Shown here in pieces: positions 53,006 to 59,206 of a DNA stretch of 62,894 nt. Positions within the stretch are counted from its first letter, which is position 1. Each line of letters starts with the position of its first letter. This DNA is from Bacteroidota bacterium (GTDB lineage: Bacteria > Bacteroidota > Ignavibacteria > Kapaibacteriales > NICIL-2). The notes beneath the pieces are model-generated. The model had not been told where the DNA came from. It saw nothing but the letters and a program-made list of their open reading frames with translations, and made no database searches. The DNA is taken from NCBI GenBank assembly GCA_046052705.1, contig JBJOLU010000227.1:1-62894 (forward strand), in the 5' to 3' direction. Both the position numbers and the translations under genes were made by a program.

Positions 53006-53045
53006 TCTATGAGTCTCTATGGGAGTTCTATAAGGTTCTATGAGG
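53006..53045. repeat. Four iteron-like direct repeats TCTATRRG phased 10-11 bp
   Basis: CTAT at 53007, 53017, 53028, 53038 (TTCTATGAG, CTCTATGGG, TTCTATAAG, TTCTATGAG); adjacent to T7 tract; between convergent hairpins. Confidence 0.6.
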
Positions 53046-53064
53046 TTTCTGCTAGAACTTCAGA

Positions 53065-53086
53065 CCGCCCACCCGGAGATGGGCGG
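53065..53086 (-). terminator. GC-rich hairpin just 3' of the Cys-rich peptide ORF (weak U-tract)
   Basis: CCGCCCA-cccggaga-TGGGCGG, 8 nt after the stop. Confidence 0.4.
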
Positions 53087-53093
53087 GCGTTGC

Positions 53094-53249
53094 TTAGAAA
53101 CAGCGCGTGACGCACTGACCCTCTGGTGTGCAGCATATGGTACATGGCACCACACGATCTCCGACCATCATCGTGAAGTGAGTGCAGTTAGCCCATGCCG
53201 CCAGCGGGATGCCGACTAAGGCGAGGCCAACTAAGATTTTGCGTTTCAT
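53094..53249 (-). CDS. Secreted Cys-rich mini-peptide (51 aa precursor, ~31 aa mature, 6 Cys)
   Basis: AAAGGAAAATC-ATG; MKRKILVGLALVGIPLAAWA|NCTHFTMMVGDRVVPCTICCTPEGQCVTRCF; below ORF-track cut-off. Confidence 0.55.
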   Translation of the reverse strand: MKRKILVGLALVGIPLAAWANCTHFTMMVGDRVVPCTICCTPEGQCVTRCF

Positions 53250-53255
53250 GATTTT

Positions 53256-53328
53256 CCTTTCTCGGTTTCACTGGCAGATACCAGTGAGAGTAGGCACTGT
53301 GCATACTGACTGCGCATCCCGAGAAAGG
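53256..53328 (-). promoter_or_regulatory. Leader with 10-bp stem that sequesters the SD of the Cys-rich peptide gene
   Basis: CCTTTCTCGG (53319-53328 on minus) pairs perfectly with CCGAGAAAGG (53256-53265), which contains the SD; inner hairpin CACTGG-n6-CCAGTG 53269-53286. Confidence 0.45.
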
Positions 53329-53353
53329 ATTGGCGCACAATGCCCACTCTGAC

Positions 53354-53428
53354 TGGTGCTCCCTCTAGGAATCGAACCCAGATAAGCTGATTACAAATCA
53401 GCCGTAATAACCGTTATACGAAGGGAGC
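53354..53428 (-). tRNA. tRNA-Thr (anticodon UGU), CCA encoded
   Basis: GCTCCCT acceptor / AGGGAGC, D-arm with A14 G18 G19 A21, anticodon arm GCTGA-TTTGTAA-TCAGC, T-arm CTGGG-TTCGATT-CCTAG, ACCA end; 75 nt. Confidence 0.9.
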
Positions 53429-53534
53429 GGATCAAGCTGGACAGCATTCCCCCAGGCACCGACGCCTGGGGGGACACCGCTCTCATGGAGGACGAGATAA
53501 CAACGAGCACAACCGAAAGGAAAGTTGCCTCTAA

Positions 53535-53563
53535 AAGATAGCTTGAGTCCCTGTATCGGTCAA
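53535..53563 (-). promoter_or_regulatory. Sigma70-like promoter for the tRNA unit (TTGACC-17-TATCTT)
   Basis: Read on minus strand directly after terminator 53568-53595. Confidence 0.45.
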
Positions 53564-53567
53564 GAGC

Positions 53568-53595
53568 AAAAAAAAGGCCCTCAACTAAGAGGGCC
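53568..53595 (-). terminator. Rho-independent terminator after the VRR-NUC-like gene
   Basis: Minus strand GGCCCTC-TTAGTT-GAGGGCC followed by TTTTTTTT. Confidence 0.8.
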
Positions 53596-53631
53596 AAAAC
53601 TCACTCGAACCGGAGATACAACCCCACTACT

Positions 53632-53910
53632 TTACACCACGCCCTTCATAACTGCAAGGGCCGCCTGGATGCTATCTACTACATATGCCGGACCACCTGT
53701 CCACGTGTCGAAGAACTTCTGCTCGTTCTCTGTTAGCTTCCGCGCCGACGGTGGCTTGTTGCCATCTTTCACTTCAAACAACAGCGTTTTTCCCTCGTAA
53801 CCTACGATCAGATCACAGGGTTGATCGATGAAATACACCGTGGCGCCCGCGTCACGCAACGCTTTCACAATAGATGATTCGTTATCGTCCCGCCTCGCTG
53901 CTCTTCGCAT
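53632..53910 (-). CDS. VRR-NUC / PD-(D/E)xK small nuclease-like protein
   Basis: 92 aa; ESSIVKALRDAG ... CDLIVGYEGKTLLFEVKDG ... pattern. Confidence 0.5.
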   Translation of the reverse strand: MRRAARRDDNESSIVKALRDAGATVYFIDQPCDLIVGYEGKTLLFEVKDGNKPPSARKLTENEQKFFDTWTGGPAYVVDSIQAALAVMKGVV

Positions 53911-53942
53911 ATGTCTTAGGACACCATGTTACCAGATAGTTC

Positions 53943-53971
53943 TTGCATGATGCTGACTGTTGCCTTACAGT
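53943..53971 (+). promoter_or_regulatory. Possible sigma70-like promoter of the rightward recombination operon (TTGCAT-17-TACAGT)
   Basis: Divergent intergenic region; same TACAGT -10 as candidate at 27928. Confidence 0.3.
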
Positions 53972-53989
53972 GACGTTTCAGGAGGACAC

Positions 53990-54913
53990 ATGAAACTCAC
54001 CAACCGACATAATTTGCCAGAGACAATTATCAATGTCTTGAGGCGCCCACAGTATAGCAAGGGTGGTGCTCACGTAAGTGCCACTGAATTATTATCTTCT
54101 CCGCGAATCGTGCAGCTTCGTCGCCAGCACTGGAATGATATTGAAGAAGATGCCAGTGAGATGGTGTGGAGTTTGTTTGGGTCTGCGCTGCATAACGTCC
54201 TTGAACACGGCAAGGATCGCAACCACGTTGTTGAAGAAAGATTGTTTGCTGAAGTGGATGGCTGGTCGTTGAGTGGGGCCGTTGATCTTCAAGAGTTCTT
54301 TGACGATGGCATCGTCATCAGTGATTACAAGGTAACCTCTGTTTGGTCGGTCATGAACGACAAGCTGGACTGGCATCGCCAGTTGAATGTCTATGCTTGG
54401 TTGATCGAGACAATCAAACATCGTCCGATCAAGTCTTTACAGATCGTGGCGATCCTCCGTGACTGGAATCGGCGCGACGCCGAACAGAAACAGGATTATC
54501 CTTCGGCCCCGATTGTTGTCGTTCCTATCCCTCTCTGGCCGATTGAGGCTCGTGAAGAGTACATCCGCAAGCGTATCCATCTCCACGCCGAAGCTATGTT
54601 CCAGTCGGAGGTGGGGGGCGATCTCCCAGAGTGTTCGAGCGAAGAGATGTGGGAGAAGCCGACCACTTTCGCCATCAAGAAGAAAGGCAACAAGCGTGCG
54701 AATTTTGTGTTTGTTGAAGAAGATAAAGCCAACGCCAAAGTTCAGGAGATGGGTGAGGCGTATGTTATTGAAAGGCGTCCAGGTGAGAGAACCCGTTGCG
54801 AGAAGTTCTGCACAGTCTCTCCGTGGTGTAACCAGTATCAACTCTACAAGGAATCAATGAATGTCAGTGCACAAGAAGCTGATGAAAGCGCGAGTGAAGC
54901 TACAGTCGCGTGA
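53990..54913 (+). CDS. Cas4/RecB-like PD-(D/E)xK exonuclease with Cys cluster
   Basis: AGGAGG SD; GAVDLQEF...VISDYKVT core; CSS ... C-x3-C-x5-C (CEKFCTVSPWC); upstream of Erf. Confidence 0.7.
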   Translation: MKLTNRHNLPETIINVLRRPQYSKGGAHVSATELLSSPRIVQLRRQHWNDIEEDASEMVWSLFGSALHNVLEHGKDRNHVVEERLFAEVDGWSLSGAVDLQEFFDDGIVISDYKVTSVWSVMNDKLDWHRQLNVYAWLIETIKHRPIKSLQIVAILRDWNRRDAEQKQDYPSAPIVVVPIPLWPIEAREEYIRKRIHLHAEAMFQSEVGGDLPECSSEEMWEKPTTFAIKKKGNKRANFVFVEEDKANAKVQEMGEAYVIERRPGERTRCEKFCTVSPWCNQYQLYKESMNVSAQEADESASEATVA

Positions 54914-55502
54914 CCTGAAGAAAAGCGGCCATAACAAGTTCAGCGGTTATCACTACTTTGAACTGGGTGACTTCCTTCCCCACATCCAGTCGATCTTTTA
55001 TGACCTTGGCTTGTGTGGTGTTGTCACTTTCGGACGCGACTATGCCGAACTTAGCATCGTCGATACGGAAGATGGCAGCTTGCTGAACATCACCTCTCCG
55101 ATGGCCGCTGCTGAACTGAAGGGCGCTCACCCAATCCAACAGCTTGGTGCTGTCCAGACTTACCAGCGCCGTTACCTGTGGATGACCGCCTTGGAAATCG
55201 TTGAGCACGATGCCATCGATGCAGGTGATAGCAAACCCGAAGTTCGGCCCGAGCCTAAGCCGGAACCTAAGTCCGACAAGCCCGCCTTCGGTTCACTCCA
55301 CATTCCGCCCAAGGTGTCTAACTGGGCACAGGCTGTGGTGGATGCAACCGGAGTGGCTCTTGATCTGTGCAAGACTCCCGATGATGTGATGAGCGTGTTC
55401 AAGGTCAATCGTCAGACCTACGACAAACTCAAAGCTGAAGATGCCGACACGTATGAGAACGTGATGGCCCTGTTCAAAACCATGAAAGAGAGTTTCAAGT
55501 GA
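54861..55502 (+). CDS. erf: ERF-family single-strand annealing protein
   Basis: KKSGHNKFSGYHYFELGDFLPHI ... GAVQTYQRRYLWMTALEI. Confidence 0.8.
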   Translation: MSVHKKLMKARVKLQSRDLKKSGHNKFSGYHYFELGDFLPHIQSIFYDLGLCGVVTFGRDYAELSIVDTEDGSLLNITSPMAAAELKGAHPIQQLGAVQTYQRRYLWMTALEIVEHDAIDAGDSKPEVRPEPKPEPKSDKPAFGSLHIPPKVSNWAQAVVDATGVALDLCKTPDDVMSVFKVNRQTYDKLKAEDADTYENVMALFKTMKESFK

Positions 55503-55786
55503 CCACGCTTTACCCTAACTCTGGTGCCCTGTTTCAGAATGACCGCAAGGTTCATGAGAAATCCCCTGACTTCCAAGGCGATGTTTCAATCGAAGTGTCT
55601 CTGCTTCAGGACCTCATCAAGAATGCCGATAACGGTCTTGTCAAGATTCGTCTCGGTGGCTGGCGGAAAGAATCTTCGCGCGGCTGGTTTGTGAGTCTTA
55701 AGGTCGGTGCACCTTTTGTGTCGCCTAACCGTCCTGCACCTCAAACTTATTCGCCCCCTCAACAAGACGAAGACGTGCCGTTCTGA
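55499..55786 (+). CDS. Small phage SSB-like protein with acidic DEDVPF tail
   Basis: GALFQNDRKVHEKSPDFQGDV...GGWRKESSRGWFVSLKV and C-terminal QQDEDVPF (SSB-tip-like). Confidence 0.55.
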   Translation: MTTLYPNSGALFQNDRKVHEKSPDFQGDVSIEVSLLQDLIKNADNGLVKIRLGGWRKESSRGWFVSLKVGAPFVSPNRPAPQTYSPPQQDEDVPF

Positions 55787-55787
55787 T

Positions 55788-56207
55788 ATGAAAACCTCAC
55801 AATTTGAAGCCGTGAAGATTGCCTTGAAACAAGATGCCAAGAATGGTTTCGTACTTTCTTTCGGCATTCACCCTGATGAACTCCCGGACGAAATTATCCG
55901 TGACTTCGTTGGGGCTCGGTATCAGGTTGTGATGGTTCGTCTCAATGAGGATGAACGCCCGATGGAACGTGAGAAAGAACTGTCTCATGATTACGTCCGT
56001 CTGGCGGGAATCCTCTGTCGAGACAAAAAGTTTCATCAGTTTTTAGTAGAAGCAAACCAAGTATTCGAAGCCTCCGAAGAGAGTGCTGCGCAGTGGCTGA
56101 AAGATGAATTGGGAGTGAAGTCACGCACGGAGATACCACAGCATCAACACGCCGTGAGTCGGCTTATTTCAATTCAACAGGAGTTTAATTTATGGAAAAG
56201 CGATTGA
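55788..56207 (+). CDS. Hypothetical protein (139 aa)
   Basis: ATG 1 nt after previous stop. Confidence 0.55.
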   Translation: MKTSQFEAVKIALKQDAKNGFVLSFGIHPDELPDEIIRDFVGARYQVVMVRLNEDERPMEREKELSHDYVRLAGILCRDKKFHQFLVEANQVFEASEESAAQWLKDELGVKSRTEIPQHQHAVSRLISIQQEFNLWKSD

Positions 56208-56467
56208 TCCCTTATTCTGTGCATCTTCCCGAACATATCTACAACCAGATCAAACAGGCTGCTGAAGGCCGCAAAGCATCTGGACTGGTAAGACAAGCCA
56301 TCACTGCATTCATTGAGAATGGCGACCTCTATAATCAAGGATATGCTACCGGCCTAGCTGATGCAGCCAATAAAGTCTCTAGCAACAAACTTGCTAAAGC
56401 ACTCGCTTATGAAGGACAAGTAGTTTCTGATGTGTTGGTGAAGGAAATCAAATCTCTTAACAAATAG
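56192..56467 (+). CDS. Ribbon-helix-helix (CopG/Arc-like) DNA-binding protein
   Basis: IPYSVHLPEHIYNQIKQAAEGRKASGLVRQAITAFIE. Confidence 0.65.
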   Translation: MEKRLIPYSVHLPEHIYNQIKQAAEGRKASGLVRQAITAFIENGDLYNQGYATGLADAANKVSSNKLAKALAYEGQVVSDVLVKEIKSLNK

Positions 56468-56475
56468 GAGCCGTT

Positions 56476-56688
56476 ATGAACGATCACATCTGGACCCCGA
56501 GTGGCACTGATATTACTGAACGCTGGAGACGCTTGGGCTGGCTGCCACCTAGCGAAAATCCGGTTTATCAAGAAAAGTGGTCGTCATACAAAGAACTCCC
56601 GCTCCGAACATTGAGCGACTTAGAAAGAATTGCATTCGAAAAAATGCTCAACTCAAACATCATTCCATATCCGGGGAGCCGTCGGTGA
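56476..56688 (+). CDS. Small hypothetical protein (70 aa)
   Basis: AGGAG SD. Confidence 0.5.
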   Translation: MNDHIWTPSGTDITERWRRLGWLPPSENPVYQEKWSSYKELPLRTLSDLERIAFEKMLNSNIIPYPGSRR

Positions 56689-56936
56689 TTCCCAAAGTTG
56701 TTATCAATGACGCCGCAGAGAAGGCTGGATTCGGTAGCATTCTGCGTTCTCGGCATTCCACATCTTTAGTACAGTTCGCTGTTTTGATCGCTCAATGGCA
56801 ACTAGAAAAAGACTCTGCCATCTGTAACGCGAAGGGCAATGAGTTCAGTGCTTTCCGGAATGACTTCATGGACGGCAAAATGGACGGCGCCTATATGTGT
56901 GCTGAACTTATCAAGGATCAATATGCGGGTTCTTGA
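56685..56936 (+). CDS. Small hypothetical protein (83 aa, GTG start)
   Basis: GTGA overlap, GGGGAG SD. Confidence 0.45.
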   Translation: MIPKVVINDAAEKAGFGSILRSRHSTSLVQFAVLIAQWQLEKDSAICNAKGNEFSAFRNDFMDGKMDGAYMCAELIKDQYAGS

Positions 56937-57120
56937 TCCTACCTTCGTTGCCTTGGCGGAAGCTAGTGGAATTGAAATTGATGAGAATCAACAGGTTAGC
57001 TTTGATGATGACCCTTTGATTAACTTAATCAATTTCTATCGAGCCGTTTATCGTAACGAGAGGCGGCAATTCGGTGATTTAATTACAAGGATGATTGAAC
57101 GTGAAAGGCAAAGTTACTGA
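56923..57120 (+). CDS. Small hypothetical protein (65 aa)
   Basis: Trimmed to MRVLDPTF. Confidence 0.45.
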   Translation: MRVLDPTFVALAEASGIEIDENQQVSFDDDPLINLINFYRAVYRNERRQFGDLITRMIERERQSY

Positions 57121-57250
57121 TCCTTTATCTTTGGCCGCAATGTTGATGCGCGTTCCAACTTTATCGCCCGTCGAATTATCCCGGCAACGGGAAAGAGAAC
57201 GGGAACGAGCTCGGTCTAAGAAACTACCTTCCAAAAAGAAACCGTCATGA
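57101..57250 (+). CDS. Possible small Arg/Lys-rich ORF (49 aa, GTG start)
   Basis: Fills gap; stop overlaps next ATG (ATGA). Confidence 0.3.
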   Translation: MKGKVTDPLSLAAMLMRVPTLSPVELSRQRERERERARSKKLPSKKKPS

Positions 57251-57510
57251 AACATCAATTGTTACGCGCCGGCTATTACAATATCCGGGAATTCCCTGTC
57301 GGGACGACTGCGCTTCGTGATTATGTGAACACCGTAGATATTGTTGTCGGAATCAAAGGCACTTCGTACCAACGTCGGTATAGTTACGATACTGCGTCAT
57401 TAGCGGAAGAAGCACTCAACAAATGGAATGGCGTTGGAGACCCTAGCGGGCCGTGGTTGAAATGCAAAGCCCCTGACGAATTGCGACTCGGGCCGGGGTG
57501 GAAGGATTGA
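57247..57510 (+). CDS. Hypothetical protein (87 aa)
   Basis: ORF. Confidence 0.55.
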   Translation: MKHQLLRAGYYNIREFPVGTTALRDYVNTVDIVVGIKGTSYQRRYSYDTASLAEEALNKWNGVGDPSGPWLKCKAPDELRLGPGWKD

Positions 57511-57511
57511 T

Positions 57512-57640
57512 ATGTCTTTCAGTCAGTCGTTTTATAGTGGTTCTTTGGTGTGTGGATGTTTGTTGTTCTATGCGTGCGTAGTAGCATTACCTTTGGTTGT
57601 TTTACATTTCCTCAGACGGAAAAGAGATACGAATGACTGA
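57512..57640 (+). CDS. Possible TM mini-peptide (42 aa)
   Basis: MSFSQSFYSGSLVCGCLLFYACVVALPLVVLHFLRRKRDTND; coupled to both neighbours. Confidence 0.35.
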   Translation: MSFSQSFYSGSLVCGCLLFYACVVALPLVVLHFLRRKRDTND

Positions 57641-57800
57641 AGAATGGTGGAATAATATCTATCGGAAAGCTGGCAACGACATCTTCGATGCCATGACTCA
57701 ACGACTCTTACAAGAATTCTCTGTTTTAGGCAACTGTGAGAAAACGATCCCGCCGAACGATGCGCCCAGTGATCCTTCCGCTGGGGATGAAAAGGCTTGA
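57633..57800 (+). CDS. Small hypothetical protein (55 aa)
   Basis: Trimmed to MTEEWWNNIY. Confidence 0.45.
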   Translation: MTEEWWNNIYRKAGNDIFDAMTQRLLQEFSVLGNCEKTIPPNDAPSDPSAGDEKA

Positions 57801-58101
57801 ACTGATCGAGATGCCAGGCCATGTTGGGCTTATGGCACTCGGTCAAGATTGGATGACAGAGCGGCATTACTACGATCTGATGACGGCCTGTTGTTTGGGA
57901 TATGATATGTCCCAGCCTGGAGACGAGATACATGAGTTGTCTCTGCGCGGCACCGAACTACTCACCAGCAAAAGTACCAACTATGATGAGATGCGTTCCG
58001 TCATAGGTACTGTCGTGCAGTGGATAGCGACACAACCGAATCAGAAAATTTGGAACGCCACGATGCGGCGCCTCAAACTTTCGAGGAAAGATAATGGATG
58101 A
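57787..58101 (+). CDS. Hypothetical protein (104 aa)
   Basis: Trimmed to MKRLELIEMPGH. Confidence 0.5.
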   Translation: MKRLELIEMPGHVGLMALGQDWMTERHYYDLMTACCLGYDMSQPGDEIHELSLRGTELLTSKSTNYDEMRSVIGTVVQWIATQPNQKIWNATMRRLKLSRKDNG

Positions 58102-58246
58102 GGCATACGAAATCTTGCAGGACTGCATCATCAAGCTGGAACATCTAGCCGACCAGCCGTTTATCGAAGCTACGCCATACGCTATGTGGTGTGCCGCAAT
58201 CGCTGAAAACTTAGTCACTGTTCTGGAAAAACTCGATTATGAATGA
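58094..58246 (+). CDS. Possible small ORF (50 aa)
   Basis: MDEAYEILQDCIIKLEHLADQPF...; overlaps neighbours by a few nt. Confidence 0.35.
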   Translation: MDEAYEILQDCIIKLEHLADQPFIEATPYAMWCAAIAENLVTVLEKLDYE

Positions 58247-58418
58247 TCCCGCCCTGCATGTTGTACGTATCGGACAGATTTCTAGGAAACTCAGAGACTT
58301 ATTCGCTGCAATGAGTCTCACTGCGAAACAGCGTGATGAGATTCGGGAACTTACTCAAGAGTTGAGACACTGTACTGATGAAATCAATCGTTGGCTCGAT
58401 GGAAAAGAAGTTCTGTAG
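58239..58418 (+). CDS. Possible small ORF (59 aa)
   Basis: MNDPALHVVRIGQISRKLRDLFAAMSLTAKQRDEIRELTQEL... Confidence 0.35.
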   Translation: MNDPALHVVRIGQISRKLRDLFAAMSLTAKQRDEIRELTQELRHCTDEINRWLDGKEVL

Positions 58419-58581
58419 TTCGTGCGGGCAGGATAAGCCTCTGAATGGTGGCGCACACATCTATCGCCGTGGGAAACATGTTCGATGGCGCTGTGCCGGA
58501 TGCCACAAGAATGCGATAGCGCATGGCGAGAAATCAATCCAAGATAGCTTTGTAATAACAAAGTCTAAAACAGAAAACTGA
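58399..58581 (+). CDS. Zn-ribbon mini-protein (60 aa)
   Basis: CSSC ... CAGC. Confidence 0.45.
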   Translation: MEKKFCSSCGQDKPLNGGAHIYRRGKHVRWRCAGCHKNAIAHGEKSIQDSFVITKSKTEN

Positions 58582-58643
58582 TTTACTTTTGAATCAAGTT
58601 TATTTTACAATCCGTTCCCCTTTAACCCTCTATGGAGAGTGCT

Positions 58644-58943
58644 ATGTCTAACTATCAAGAACTGAAAAATCAAGCTGAAGAACTTCTGCGTCAAGCGGAA
58701 CAACTCCGTGCCGAAGAACGTGCTCGCGTTCTGGCCGAAACCAAAGATGCTGTCGCTGAGTGGAACTTCAGTGCCAACGAACTCGGTCTCAAGCTGGGTC
58801 TTGTGGATAAGCGTGCGAAGGCTGCTGCCAAGTACAAGGACCCCGTAAGCGGTAAAACATGGTCCGGCCGTGGCAAAGCCCCTCAGTGGTTCTCTGCCCG
58901 CCTGAACGAAGGTGTGGATAAAGCTGAACTGCTGGTCGCTTGA
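58644..58943 (+). CDS. H-NS-family DNA-binding protein (xenogeneic-silencer-like)
   Basis: N-terminal coiled-coil, C-terminal KYKDPVSGKTWSGRGKAPQWF (TWSGRG-x-P-x-W motif); GGAGAG SD. Confidence 0.8.
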   Translation: MSNYQELKNQAEELLRQAEQLRAEERARVLAETKDAVAEWNFSANELGLKLGLVDKRAKAAAKYKDPVSGKTWSGRGKAPQWFSARLNEGVDKAELLVA

Positions 58944-59206
58944 ATAATCAGCTAACCAATAAACAACGGGAGCACTTGGCAAGAGTCAAGTCGCTCCCTT
59001 GTTCTGTATGTGATGCCTATCCACCTTCGGAGGCCCACCACATCAATCAAGGCGATCAATACACCTGTGTCGCCTTATGTGCCGACTGCCACCGAGGTAG
59101 CCTAAACGGACTCCATGGGCAGCGCCGGATGTGGAAAGTTAAAAAGATGGATGAATTGTCGGCGCTCAACGTCACCATCGAGCGCCTTCTGGACTCACTC
59201 CTTTAG
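58940..59206 (+). CDS. HNH-type nuclease resembling P1 Ref (RecA-dependent nuclease) family
   Basis: LPCSVCDAYPPSEAHHI ... ALCADCHRGSLNGLHG. Confidence 0.55.
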   Translation: MNNQLTNKQREHLARVKSLPCSVCDAYPPSEAHHINQGDQYTCVALCADCHRGSLNGLHGQRRMWKVKKMDELSALNVTIERLLDSLL

